From contig JBBSYL010000010.1 of NCBI GenBank assembly GCA_038045265.1, positions 582-64,581 on the forward strand: a DNA stretch of 64,000 nucleotides, written 5' to 3'. The position numbers were made by a program, and so were the translations under genes. The DNA is from Nanobdellota archaeon. Its GTDB lineage: Archaea > Nanobdellota > Nanobdellia > Pacearchaeales > GW2011-AR1. The first letter of the stretch is position 1, and the number at the start of each line of letters is the position of its first letter. This document shows, piece by piece, positions 18,739 through 28,172 of the stretch. A model generated the notes under the pieces. The model searched no databases. It was not told the origin of the DNA and saw only the letters and a program-made list of their open reading frames with translations.

Positions 18739-19087
18739 CTTTTTGCCTCCTGACTCTTGGCTCAAGTACTTTAAGTTTTAATTCAAGAGCCTTCTTCAAA
18801 ACATCTATTTTTTTCTTCGCCCCGATTTTCGCTATAACTACAATTGAATCTTTCCCAACACTCTGCAAATCATTTACATTATAAACTAAGACTGGATTAA
18901 GGCCAAGAATCTTTCCTCTAACATTTTTCATCTTTCTAAAACCAAGTGAAGGTTGTACTGGATAGCTAAACCTTTTTCTTCTTATTTTATTATGTCTTCC
19001 TCGAGGTTTTCTCCACTTCTGAAGTTTTTTTCTTCCTCTGCCTATTCTTGAATATCTTGTTGTGTCTTGTCTGACGAATTTACGCAT
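18728..19087 (-). CDS. rpl32e: 50S ribosomal protein eL32
   Basis: FVRQ..., WRKPRGRHNKIR. Confidence 0.92.
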   Translation of the reverse strand: MRKFVRQDTTRYSRIGRGRKKLQKWRKPRGRHNKIRRKRFSYPVQPSLGFRKMKNVRGKILGLNPVLVYNVNDLQSVGKDSIVVIAKIGAKKKIDVLKKALELKLKVLEPRVRRQKDAT

Positions 19088-19628
19088 TTGAGTCTCCTCC
19101 GGCTTTTTCTGTTATGTATATACCATCTTGAAATATTCTTCTATCTCTGTTTTTCACCTTTGTTGCTCTTTCTATATTTGCTGCTGACAATCCTGCTGCT
19201 TCCTTATCTCTTGACCGTAGAATAATTTTTGTTCCTTTGATTTCTGTTTTAACTCCTGCAAAGATTTTTGCTTTTCTTGATGTTTTCTCACCCAAGAAAT
19301 TGTTTATTATGAGACTTTCTCCCTCTAACTTCAGAGTCATAGGAAAATGAACATTGCATGCTTCCAAAGTGTAGACATATTCTCTATCCAATCCTTTGAA
19401 GAGGTTCTTAAGATGTGCAACTAATGAGATTATATTTTTGTAAATATTTTTATTTCCTCTTTCTGCAGAAAGAATTATTTCTGATCCTTTGATCTCTATT
19501 TTAATTCCTGGAATGTTAACACTCTTTGAAAGAGAATTTGAACTCTTTGTACAGACAATAGAATTATCTTTCAACTCGCATACTACTCCAGAAGGAATAT
19601 CTAACTTTTCTTCTAATTTCTTTCTCAT
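19080..19628 (-). CDS. rpl6: 50S ribosomal protein uL6
   Basis: HFPM, NFLGEK, DRRIFQDGIYI. Confidence 0.95.
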   Translation of the reverse strand: MRKKLEEKLDIPSGVVCELKDNSIVCTKSSNSLSKSVNIPGIKIEIKGSEIILSAERGNKNIYKNIISLVAHLKNLFKGLDREYVYTLEACNVHFPMTLKLEGESLIINNFLGEKTSRKAKIFAGVKTEIKGTKIILRSRDKEAAGLSAANIERATKVKNRDRRIFQDGIYITEKAGGDSNA

Positions 19629-20002
19629 TAAAAGAAATAAGCCAAAAGGCTTCCTCCCTTTCCTTTTTCTTCAGCAGTACTATTGGTCATAATGCCCTCA
19701 TTTGTTGAAACTACGAGCATTCCAAGGTTTTTTGCTGGAAGATATCTCGAAACATATTTTTCATATTCTTCCGCTTTTACTATAAATCTTGGCTTTACTG
19801 CATTGCACCCATTGAGTTTACCGAACTCTATTGCCAAATTGTTTTTATCTAGAGAATAATTTTTAACATATCCTTTAAGTTTGGCTAGTGCAAGCACTAC
19901 AAGTAAAAGCTTTGAATGTCTCTTTAAAACTAAGCTTGTTTTCCTCGCCTTTTTGGCGTTCATCATCTGGTTTAATGCGTCTGCAAGTATATCTTGGCTC
20001 AT
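19628..20002 (-). CDS. rps8: 30S ribosomal protein uS8
   Basis: DILADALN, VKPRF, VSTNEGIM, GGSLLAY. Confidence 0.95.
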   Translation of the reverse strand: MSQDILADALNQMMNAKKARKTSLVLKRHSKLLLVVLALAKLKGYVKNYSLDKNNLAIEFGKLNGCNAVKPRFIVKAEEYEKYVSRYLPAKNLGMLVVSTNEGIMTNSTAEEKGKGGSLLAYFF

Positions 20003-20003
20003 G

Positions 20004-20234
20004 TTAGTTGTATTTTTTGAAACCTATTTCCTCCGCTATTTCTCTGAATGCTTGTCTGCACATATTGATTCCATATTGTTTAATGTGTCCTCCAAACTGT
20101 CCTGTTCTCTGACATCTCCTAAGTGCTTTGCCTGTTGTTCTATCCTTTGGTTTGTTGAATTTCAGAAACTTGGCGGCTTTTGCAGGCTTGTGTTTTATCT
20201 GTTTCAAAATTTTATTCCAATGGCTTGCTGTCAT
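20004..20234 (-). CDS. rps14: 30S ribosomal protein uS14
   Basis: HIKQYGINMCRQAFREIAEEIGFKKY; operon position. Confidence 0.93.
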   Translation of the reverse strand: MTASHWNKILKQIKHKPAKAAKFLKFNKPKDRTTGKALRRCQRTGQFGGHIKQYGINMCRQAFREIAEEIGFKKYN

Positions 20235-20235
20235 T

Positions 20236-20757
20236 TTATTCTACTTCAGTCTTAAAGACTTCCCCCATGTAATTTTCGATTTCATTTTTTTGAACTTGTT
20301 GTTTTAAGGCAATATAGCCAGATTTTATTTTTTTTCTTTGAACTCTTAATCCTGGTCTGCAGAAAACAACAGTTACATTTAATCCTCTAATTCCTATATC
20401 TCTCTGATATTCTATGCCTGGTATTTCTATGTATTCTTTTATCCCGAATGAAAAATGATTATCTGCTATTTGTTTTCCTTTAAGTTTATTATCTATTGCT
20501 CCGAGCAATCTTCTTAATAATTCATTTGCTTCTTTGCCTCTAAGAGTTATTCTTGTTCCAACTTCTAAACCAGGCCTAACTCCAAAATCTGGGATCCTTT
20601 TATTTGAAGTAATTATTTGGGCTTTTCTTTTTGTTAACAATTCAAGAAGTTTTTTTGCTTTCTGGAGGTCATCCCCTACTGCGCCTGCGCTTACAACTAC
20701 TTTTTCCATTTTTATTTTTCTCATTGGATTTTCTTTCATTTGCATTTGTGCTTTCAT
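20236..20757 (-). CDS. rpl5: 50S ribosomal protein uL5
   Basis: NPMRKIKMEKVVV, ITLRG, FSFGIKEYIEIPG. Confidence 0.95.
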   Translation of the reverse strand: MKAQMQMKENPMRKIKMEKVVVSAGAVGDDLQKAKKLLELLTKRKAQIITSNKRIPDFGVRPGLEVGTRITLRGKEANELLRRLLGAIDNKLKGKQIADNHFSFGIKEYIEIPGIEYQRDIGIRGLNVTVVFCRPGLRVQRKKIKSGYIALKQQVQKNEIENYMGEVFKTEVE

Positions 20758-21371
20758 TGTACTATAATACTCCTCATTGGAAGAGATTTTATCTCCTTGT
20801 CTATCTTTAAAACTATTAAATTTTCTTTTTTAGATTCTATTGTGCCATGCTTGCCCGCGTACTTACCTGAAAATACGAAAGCCTTTGCTCCTTTTTCGCA
20901 TGCAACGTGGGATTTTATATTTCCGTTCTTATCAAGATATACTGAATCTCCTACCCCTATTTTTTTGTCTGAAATTACGTTCGAACCGTCGTGTAAGTTG
21001 AGTTGAATTCTTCCTTTAGAAATAAGTTTTTTATTAATAACCTTGCAAATTCTTTCTTCTGCATTTGTTTCTTTTAATGAGAATTTTTTTGTTGGCTCAA
21101 CTGAGAGAACATATTTTTTATCAGCTTCAAAAATATTAAAAAGTTTTATACTTTCTTTGAAGTCTTTAACTTCCCCATGGTTTATCTTGAGTAGTTTTCT
21201 ATGAATCATGCTTTTTACTTCTCTTGCTGTGCCTGCAAGTTTGAGCATATCCCTTACTGCGAGAACAACTGGGACTGCATTATTGACATCTGATGATGCT
21301 CTTGCTATATATTTCGTTCCCTTTCTCTTGATTGGTATAAATGTTGAAACTTCTTGTCTTGTCTGATGCAT
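20754..21371 (-). CDS. rps4e: 30S ribosomal protein eS4
   Basis: VRDMLKLA, IQLNLHDGSN, GKYAG. Confidence 0.92.
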   Translation of the reverse strand: MHQTRQEVSTFIPIKRKGTKYIARASSDVNNAVPVVLAVRDMLKLAGTAREVKSMIHRKLLKINHGEVKDFKESIKLFNIFEADKKYVLSVEPTKKFSLKETNAEERICKVINKKLISKGRIQLNLHDGSNVISDKKIGVGDSVYLDKNGNIKSHVACEKGAKAFVFSGKYAGKHGTIESKKENLIVLKIDKEIKSLPMRSIIVQ

Positions 21372-21372
21372 T

Positions 21373-21786
21373 TTATTTCTCCTTCTTGTTTGACTTTGCT
21401 TCCACAGATTTTCTGTTCAATGCTACAAGGCGTTGTCTGTCTGACTCGTTCAAAGAAATTATTTGAAGAGCTCTTGGATTGAAAGGAACACTAACTTTAG
21501 TACCGTCTCTCTTTGAAACTTGCAGTCCTTCAATGTTAACAAATGAGCGCTTGAGATTAACAGAAATTACTTTGGCTTGCTTCTTTTTGAAGCGACCGCG
21601 CATAACAAGCACTTCATCCCCTTCTCTGAGGGGAAGATTCCTCTTGCCATACTTTTGTCTTAATAATTTTGACAAATGAGAGCTTAAAAACTTATGCCTT
21701 GTATGCAATGGTGCATTATGTCTAAACTTATGCTGTTTTCTCGGCTGAATGCTTGACTTCCAAGATGTTGAGAATTTGGATTTCAT
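21373..21786 (-). CDS. rpl24: 50S ribosomal protein uL24
   Basis: SIQPRKQHK..NAPLH, REGDEVLVMRG. Confidence 0.95.
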   Translation of the reverse strand: MKSKFSTSWKSSIQPRKQHKFRHNAPLHTRHKFLSSHLSKLLRQKYGKRNLPLREGDEVLVMRGRFKKKQAKVISVNLKRSFVNIEGLQVSKRDGTKVSVPFNPRALQIISLNESDRQRLVALNRKSVEAKSNKKEK

Positions 21787-22139
21787 TTTCTTACCCTCAT
21801 TGCATCTGCCAATCTTGTCATTGCAGTTTCATAGGTTCTTCCAACATGTGATTGTAATGGATCATTTATTTTTTTTGCAATTGTGCCTGCCCAAATCCAA
21901 TTATAAAGAGGAGAAATATATCTGAGTAATAATCCTCTAATTTCTTCAGCACACTCCACTGCCCTAATTGGATCTTCTCTATTCACTGCTTTTACTCCTT
22001 CTTCTGAACAATATCTCATTAATACTAAACCATCCAATAACAGACAAAATCTTTCGCTAGTTACCCCACTATTCATTACTCTAACTACTCTCTGTCTTTG
22101 TTCTTCTAGCTCCGCAGGTAATTGAATTCCACTCATCAT
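21783..22139 (-). CDS. Orphan protein inserted between rpl14 and rpl24
   Basis: 118-aa ORF with ATGA overlaps at both ends (22136-22139 and 21783-21786). Confidence 0.75.
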   Translation of the reverse strand: MMSGIQLPAELEEQRQRVVRVMNSGVTSERFCLLLDGLVLMRYCSEEGVKAVNREDPIRAVECAEEIRGLLLRYISPLYNWIWAGTIAKKINDPLQSHVGRTYETAMTRLADAMRVRK

Positions 22140-22537
22140 AGTACGTATTGTGCGATTTTCGCAACCTCTTTCCATCTTTCCATAACTTCCCTTGCTACTG
22201 GGCCTTTAATGAATGTTCCTTTTGGATTTCCTTTTTCATCTTTTAATAATGCACAAGCATTGTCCTCAAAGCAAACTCTTTCTCCAGTATTTCTTTTGTA
22301 AGGTTTTCTTTGTCTTATTACAATAGCTTCAAACACCTTCCCTTTCATATCTGGTTTTCCTGCTCTTACTGAAACTTTTACAAGGTCTCCAACTTTTGCA
22401 AATTGCTGTCTTCCTTTTGTGACCTTTCCATGCTTTACGCCTGCAATTCTAACAATTCTAGCTCCGGAATTGTCTGAAGCGAGCAAAGAACTTCCCACAT
22501 TTAAACCTCTAGTTACTCTAGCTGATACTGCTTTCAT
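22136..22537 (-). CDS. rpl14: 50S ribosomal protein uL14
   Basis: DNSGAR, FEDNA, PKGTFIKGPVARE. Confidence 0.96.
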   Translation of the reverse strand: MKAVSARVTRGLNVGSSLLASDNSGARIVRIAGVKHGKVTKGRQQFAKVGDLVKVSVRAGKPDMKGKVFEAIVIRQRKPYKRNTGERVCFEDNACALLKDEKGNPKGTFIKGPVAREVMERWKEVAKIAQYVL

Positions 22538-22869
22538 TTCTTTTCCTCCAAATTCGTAGAACGAATCTTTTCAATTACAATTGCGTGAATTATCTTACTT
22601 AAAGGTCTGCATTCCTGAACTCTAACATAGTCTCCTACTTCGATATTTATTCCTGAAGGAAGGCGAGCATGAATTTTTGTTTTCTTTTTGTAAAATCTTT
22701 CATATTTTCTAATTTTAACTGTTCTTTCAAATTCTATAACTACTCTTCCTGTAAATTTTTTGACAACTATGCCCTCAAATATTCTTCCTCTTGATGGAAC
22801 TCTTTCTAAGGCTCCAACTATCGATTTAGCTTCTTCTTTCTTTACTTTTATTTTATTTTTTGTTTCCAT
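22534..22869 (-). CDS. rps17: 30S ribosomal protein uS17
   Basis: RGRIFEGIV, KYERF, ECRPLSK. Confidence 0.93.
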   Translation of the reverse strand: METKNKIKVKKEEAKSIVGALERVPSRGRIFEGIVVKKFTGRVVIEFERTVKIRKYERFYKKKTKIHARLPSGINIEVGDYVRVQECRPLSKIIHAIVIEKIRSTNLEEKK

Positions 22870-22870
22870 G

Positions 22871-23179
22871 TTAATCTGAAATTGAGTTGTCGGCGAATCC
22901 AAGTTTTACAAGCCAGAGCCTTACTCTTCTCTTGTGGTCCCCCTGAAGTTCGATTATCCCGTCTTTGACTGTGCCTCCGCAAGCAAGCCCTTCCTTAAGT
23001 TTTTTTGCTGTTTCCTTAAGGTCTACTGTTTTATCGAAACCTGAAACAAGGGTGATTATTTTGCCGTAACGCCTTGACACCTTTGAAACAGTGATTTTTT
23101 GGTCGCTTTTAGCAATCTCTTCGAACACATCGCCTTGCGTCGGGAGGTTGGGTATCTTAAATTCTGAATCGTCTGTCAT
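22871..23179 (-). CDS. Translation initiation factor SUI1 (aIF1)
   Basis: RRYGKIIT, LACGGTVKDGIIELQGDH. Confidence 0.95.
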   Translation of the reverse strand: MTDDSEFKIPNLPTQGDVFEEIAKSDQKITVSKVSRRYGKIITLVSGFDKTVDLKETAKKLKEGLACGGTVKDGIIELQGDHKRRVRLWLVKLGFADNSISD

Positions 23180-23385
23180 TATCTTTTAGCCGCCACCTCC
23201 GATCGTTTTGGTTTGTTCATGAACGTTAGTATGCGCGCAACTGCCCTTTTAATCTCTTTGGTTTTTGCTTTGGCTTTATTAGCAGTTACTCCAGATTTTG
23301 TAAGCTCAAACTTCAAGTCTTTCATTTTCTGTTGCAAATCCGCATCAGGCATTTTTTCTATATCTTTAAATTTCAAGAGAGTCAT
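23179..23385 (-). CDS. rpl29: 50S ribosomal protein uL29
   Basis: KEIKRAVARILT; operon position. Confidence 0.9.
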   Translation of the reverse strand: MTLLKFKDIEKMPDADLQQKMKDLKFELTKSGVTANKAKAKTKEIKRAVARILTFMNKPKRSEVAAKR

Positions 23386-24089
23386 TATGCTGTATCCTCC
23401 TTTGATTTCTTCCCTTTCTTAATTTTTTTCTTAACAGGTTCTTCTTTTGAAATATTTTCTTGTGCGGCAAATCTTGCTTTAAGTCCTTCTACAAGCTTTG
23501 AATCTACAACTATTCTGTCATGTATATGTGCATTAGGTGGTAATATTCTTACTTTTATTCCAACAACTCCTAGAATAGTAACTGCTTGAGATATCGCACT
23601 ATCGACAACTTTTGCTGGATCTCCTGTTTTCTTGAGATATCCTTGCGCGAATCTCCAACTCTTTGCCCTGTCACTTGGAAGTTTTCCTGAAAGAACTATT
23701 TCTGCACCGAGAGCTCCTGAGTTCATTATTTCCTGAAGCATCTTATAGGCAATCACTTTAAATTTCAGAGATCCTTGTCTTTCTAGATTTATTGCTATTT
23801 CATCGGCAACAAGTTGTGCGTCAAGCCTTGGTTGCGTTATTTCAAAGATATCTATATGTGGATTATCAAGGTTGAATCTCTTTTTTAGGACTCTTGTAAG
23901 CTCTTCTATTTTCTCTCCCTTCCTTCCTATAACTAAACCTGGTTTTGAAGTAGAAATAACAATTTTTTCTCCTATTGGGGTGTATTCTACTGAAACTCCA
24001 GAAATTCTGCCTTTACCAAGTTCATGCTTTATGTACTCTTTCACTCCCAATTCTCCTTTCTTAAACTGAACAAATTTTTTCTCATCCAT
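23385..24089 (-). CDS. rps3: 30S ribosomal protein uS3
   Basis: KPGLVIGRKG, GAEIVLSGK, GYLKKTG. Confidence 0.96.
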   Translation of the reverse strand: MDEKKFVQFKKGELGVKEYIKHELGKGRISGVSVEYTPIGEKIVISTSKPGLVIGRKGEKIEELTRVLKKRFNLDNPHIDIFEITQPRLDAQLVADEIAINLERQGSLKFKVIAYKMLQEIMNSGALGAEIVLSGKLPSDRAKSWRFAQGYLKKTGDPAKVVDSAISQAVTILGVVGIKVRILPPNAHIHDRIVVDSKLVEGLKARFAAQENISKEEPVKKKIKKGKKSKEDTA

Positions 24090-24682
24090 TATTTTTTAAC
24101 TCCTGTAAATTCTTTAGCTTTAAGAATGACGTGCGTTCTTTTAAATCGTCCGCCCGCACCTCTTCTTGGTCTTGATGCCCAGCTTGCAGATGCAAAATAA
24201 ATTCTTGTCTTATCCAAATCTAGGCCATTGGCGATTACATTTCCTTTAAGGCCCTTAAGAACATTTATCATCATTGCTGAAACTTTTACAGGGTATCTTC
24301 CAGACATTATCTTTCCTTTTCTATGTGGTATTTCTCCCTTGAAAGGAATAGGCCTCTTAAACATTAAAACTTCCTCGAGGTTTTCTATAGCTGTATCTAT
24401 ACTCTTTCCTTTTATGAAAGAACAGATATACATGCAGTGCTTCTTTGAAGCTCTTAAACTCATCCCGCGAGCAACCGCTTCTTCCTTTTTCTTCTTTACT
24501 TCTTTCTTTTCTTCTTTTTTTGTTTCTTTCTTATCTTCTACATGCTTATTTTCGTGTTTATTTTTATCATTGGAATCTTTTGTTAATCCATCTTTGAGAT
24601 TATTATTCTTCATTGAATTTTTTATTCCATCAACTAATTCTTTCTTATCTTCTAGCTTTTGTTTTTTGCTTTCTTCAGCCAT
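24089..24682 (-). CDS. rpl22: 50S ribosomal protein uL22 with charged N-terminal extension
   Basis: IPHRKG..SGRYPVK, KRTHV. Confidence 0.92.
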   Translation of the reverse strand: MAEESKKQKLEDKKELVDGIKNSMKNNNLKDGLTKDSNDKNKHENKHVEDKKETKKEEKKEVKKKKEEAVARGMSLRASKKHCMYICSFIKGKSIDTAIENLEEVLMFKRPIPFKGEIPHRKGKIMSGRYPVKVSAMMINVLKGLKGNVIANGLDLDKTRIYFASASWASRPRRGAGGRFKRTHVILKAKEFTGVKK

Positions 24683-25086
24683 TATTTTTTAACTCCTTTT
24701 GTTCCTTTAGTAGCTCCAATGCCTGCTGTACCGTGATTAACCTTTGAGCAAGTGTGCGAAAATTCTCCAAGTCTATGACCGACCATTGCAGCTTTTATTT
24801 CTATTTCCTCGAATACTTTTCCGTTGTGAATTCCTATTCTCATACCAACAAGTCTTGGAACTATTACTATATCTCTCAAATGTGTTCTTATTTTTTTATT
24901 GTTTGAAACTGCTGCTTCACATCTTCTTACAAAATTTTCTATCTTCTGAAAGTTTCTAAGGACAAATCTTCTTGGTCTTGATTTCAGATATTTTGCAAAC
25001 TCTCTTACGTCAAGATTCTTCAAATCTTCAAGATTAACTCCTCTGTAAAATACTTCCTTTGACCTAATTATTACTTGCTCAACCAT
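24682..25086 (-). CDS. rps19: 30S ribosomal protein uS19
   Basis: IRTHLRD, HNGKVF, MVGHRLGEF. Confidence 0.95.
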   Translation of the reverse strand: MVEQVIIRSKEVFYRGVNLEDLKNLDVREFAKYLKSRPRRFVLRNFQKIENFVRRCEAAVSNNKKIRTHLRDIVIVPRLVGMRIGIHNGKVFEEIEIKAAMVGHRLGEFSHTCSKVNHGTAGIGATKGTKGVKK

Positions 25087-25787
25087 TATTTTTTCTCCCG
25101 ACCAGTTCTTCTTGGCCTTATATGTCCTACTCTTGCTCCAGGAGGCGCATTTCTCTTGGCAATCTTAGGTTTAATTCTCTTACCTCTGCCTGAACCGAAT
25201 GGATGATCTATCGCATTCATCTTGACTGCAGATGTTCTCGGCCATAATTTATTTCTTGCCTTCATCTTGTACCACATCTTTCCAGCTTTAATAAATGGTT
25301 TCAGTAATCTCCCTTCTCCTGCAATAATTCCTACTGTGGCTCTGCAATCTCCAGAAATCTTAATTTCTTTTTTGCTTGGCATTAGAATTCCCACCTTGTT
25401 ATGGTCATATTTTTTATTGACTGTTGCATTTGAGCCGGCAGTTCTCATCATCTTTCCGCCGTCTCCAGGATTTATTTCTATATTATATACTTCTGTTCCA
25501 ACTGGAATATCTTTCAACATCATTATATTACCTATCTTCATGTCTCTAGAATTCACAAATATTTCTTGTCCAACTACTGCTCCAGAAAATGCAGGATTAT
25601 AAAAAATTTCATTCCCAATCATTATCTTAAGAAGTGGCGCTGTGTGGCCTGCTGAGTGAATTAATTCTATGATGCGTGCTTTTCCTTCATTTGTAGGATA
25701 TTTTATCTTATGCTGGAATGCTTTTTTTCTGACTCTATAAGTAAGCGAACCATGCCCTCTTGCCTGTGATATAATTCTCTTACCCAT
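25086..25787 (-). CDS. rpl2: 50S ribosomal protein uL2
   Basis: MGKRIISQARG, PGDGGK, MNAIDHPFG, PPGARVG. Confidence 0.96.
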   Translation of the reverse strand: MGKRIISQARGHGSLTYRVRKKAFQHKIKYPTNEGKARIIELIHSAGHTAPLLKIMIGNEIFYNPAFSGAVVGQEIFVNSRDMKIGNIMMLKDIPVGTEVYNIEINPGDGGKMMRTAGSNATVNKKYDHNKVGILMPSKKEIKISGDCRATVGIIAGEGRLLKPFIKAGKMWYKMKARNKLWPRTSAVKMNAIDHPFGSGRGKRIKPKIAKRNAPPGARVGHIRPRRTGREKK

Positions 25788-25788
25788 T

Positions 25789-26028
25789 TTACATCATTCC
25801 TAATTTAGTTGCGACATCAATCGCAGGATATTTTTTAGTTAATTTGACGTATGTAAATTTTTTATTTTTCTTTATTAAAGTCCTTATCTTTTCAACTTTT
25901 ACTGAAAAGGTTTCTTCTACTTCTTTTTGTATTTCTGGCTTGGAAGAATTTCTTGAAGTTTCAAACAGCAAAGTATTCTCGATATCAATAAGTTTAACTG
26001 CCTTTTCTGATGTTATTGGCTTAAGCAT
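25789..26028 (-). CDS. rpl23: 50S ribosomal protein uL23
   Basis: PITSEKA...ENTLLF...AIDVATKLG. Confidence 0.93.
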   Translation of the reverse strand: MLKPITSEKAVKLIDIENTLLFETSRNSSKPEIQKEVEETFSVKVEKIRTLIKKNKKFTYVKLTKKYPAIDVATKLGMM

Positions 26029-26797
26029 TTTTCTCCTCCGCAATTTCTTCCATTGCTTTTTTAGTATAAAGAGTTAGTCTACCTAAAGGATAAAGATCTG
26101 AAATGAGGAGATCTGAATATGTTTTAACTTCGAATCCTTTCGCATTGACTTTTTCATCCTCTCCGGTTACTATTAAAAGTCCTGCATTGCTCTTATATTT
26201 CCTGCCCCTATTTTTGCCTTTTCCAGGTCTGACCTGTTTACTCTTTATCAAAAGTGAAAATGCCTCTCCAAACATTAATTTTACGGCTTCAATTACATTT
26301 TTAGTCTTTGCAGGGATTGATTCGATAACTTGAGAATGTGCTGGAACGTTTAGTGTAGAATATCTTTTTGCTATGTATTCTTTATTGAAAGTCGAAGCCA
26401 ATGCAGAATTCACGGCAATTACTATTTCTTTCTTGTTTATTTTTCTAATTGCATAAAGTCTCTTTGGAGGATGGGCCATTCTTCCGCCTCTTGCCTGTGA
26501 AACTTCTGCTCCAATCCAATGAAACTGAGTTCCGCGTCTCCACATTGTTTTTCTTGGAAGTCTTGCCATTCCTTTTCCATAATGTCCTTTCCACTCTTTT
26601 CTCTTATGACTTATCGTTCCAGAAGCCGAATGTCTTTTTCCTCCTTCTGGGGAAGGACCATAGACTTGTCTTTCCGAGAATTTTGCTACTTCAAAGAATT
26701 TTGCGACCATATCTTCTCTTATCTTACTGTCGAATAATGCGGGAAGAGAGAATTCAGATTTTTTCTTTCCTGATGAATCATATAATATTGCTTTCAT
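26021..26797 (-). CDS. rpl4: 50S ribosomal protein uL4
   Basis: GGRMAHPPK, KINKKE, RPGKGKNRGRKY, GRLTLYT. Confidence 0.95.
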   Translation of the reverse strand: MKAILYDSSGKKKSEFSLPALFDSKIREDMVAKFFEVAKFSERQVYGPSPEGGKRHSASGTISHKRKEWKGHYGKGMARLPRKTMWRRGTQFHWIGAEVSQARGGRMAHPPKRLYAIRKINKKEIVIAVNSALASTFNKEYIAKRYSTLNVPAHSQVIESIPAKTKNVIEAVKLMFGEAFSLLIKSKQVRPGKGKNRGRKYKSNAGLLIVTGEDEKVNAKGFEVKTYSDLLISDLYPLGRLTLYTKKAMEEIAEEKNA

Positions 26798-27735
26798 GCT
26801 AATATCCCCTGAAATTCGTATTTCTTTCTTATTTGCTTTTTAGTTGGTCTGAAAGAGGGAGTAATAAGAATTTGTCTTTTCACAGGGCCCTGAACGCTAC
26901 CACCAAGAAGAATATAAGATGTTTTTATTTTTCCATAATTCTTGAAACCTTGTTCTCTGTTAATATCTTTTTCTGCTATCGTCCCCGAATGGATAAGTTT
27001 TAGATTATTTGTTATTCTTGTGAAAAACCCATACTGACCAGCCATAGGTGTTCTGAAAGTTACACGTGCAGGATGCCAAGGAGCAAGAGAGCCTGGTCGT
27101 CTTCTACCCTTCTCAGATTTATGTTGTTTAAGAGTTATTCCAAATCTTCTTACTGCTCCTGTAAATCCATAACCTGTTGTTAAACCTCTAGTATCAACAA
27201 GAGGAGAATTTGCAAAATCTTTTATAGTTATTTCCTTTCCTATAAGAGACTTAAGAAATTCAAATTTATTGTCCGCAGAAATTGCAACTTCTGAAATGTC
27301 TGGTGTCTTTTTAATAGCTGTTGAATTTGCTAGAGAGTATACTACTGCTCTAACATCTTCGTAAGAAATAGGCGCTTCTATTTTTTGAGGGCTTTTAGGC
27401 AACTTTAGTTTTTTCTTTAATTCTTTGTCTGATGAAACAATTATATCTTTGACAACCACTCCATGATTATAAAACCTTATAGAAAGAAGTTTCATTGAAG
27501 GCACCTCGAGAATGGTTACAGGAATATGAATTAACTTATTTTGAGTCATTGATTTATCTGTTAGGTCCTTGACAAGGGCAGTTGCCATAGCTGCTTTGTA
27601 GGTAATAAAACCAAGAAGATTATTTTTATCCTTGACAGATATTGTTTTCCAATTAACTCGAGGTAAGAACTTTCTAGCTCTTGATCTCGGCCAGTATTGC
27701 AGGCTTCCCTTTCTTGGTCTTGATAGTCTTGCCAT
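26794..27735 (-). CDS. rpl3: 50S ribosomal protein uL3
   Basis: PRKGSLQYWPR, YKAAM, GSLAPWHP, GSVQGP. Confidence 0.96.
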   Translation of the reverse strand: MARLSRPRKGSLQYWPRSRARKFLPRVNWKTISVKDKNNLLGFITYKAAMATALVKDLTDKSMTQNKLIHIPVTILEVPSMKLLSIRFYNHGVVVKDIIVSSDKELKKKLKLPKSPQKIEAPISYEDVRAVVYSLANSTAIKKTPDISEVAISADNKFEFLKSLIGKEITIKDFANSPLVDTRGLTTGYGFTGAVRRFGITLKQHKSEKGRRRPGSLAPWHPARVTFRTPMAGQYGFFTRITNNLKLIHSGTIAEKDINREQGFKNYGKIKTSYILLGGSVQGPVKRQILITPSFRPTKKQIRKKYEFQGILA

Positions 27736-27923
27736 TAATTGATTTTTCTGTCAGTATTTTATATTTCATCTCAAAAGTAGTGCAACTCCCTACACTGTGT
27801 AGTTGAACAATTGTGTTATCAGCACCTTGTTCGGTATTAATTAGATTCTGATAATTCAATGATTTGGGGGGTATTTAAAGCTTTTGTGGGAAAATTTATA
27901 TAGGAAAATGATGTAAACAATTC

Positions 27924-28172
27924 ATGAGTGAACAGGATTTAGTCAGTGAAATGAAAAGATTCGAGGAAGACAGCAAATGGCTACGTGATAATGAAAATAT
28001 TCTCAGAATTAAAGGTTTATCTGGAAAGTTTGTAGCTGTTAAAAATAAGCAAATAATCGCATCCAATAAAGATGTGAATATATTGGTAAAATATGTTGAA
28101 GAAAAAGGGGAGAATCCTGCCTGTCTGGTAATAGAATTTGTTTATCCTGAAGGTACAGTAATTTTATTGTGA
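27924..28172 (+). CDS. DUF5678-like small protein
   Basis: GKFVAVKNKQIIAS motif; coupled to the aspartyl protease gene. Confidence 0.7.
   Translation: MSEQDLVSEMKRFEEDSKWLRDNENILRIKGLSGKFVAVKNKQIIASNKDVNILVKYVEEKGENPACLVIEFVYPEGTVILL

Noticed and set aside
27674..27859. 61-aa ORF upstream of rpl3 as remnant of the SPOUT methyltransferase often found there
   Set aside because: No recognisable motif, overlaps rpl3 and starts near the probable TSS; better explained as a 5' leader
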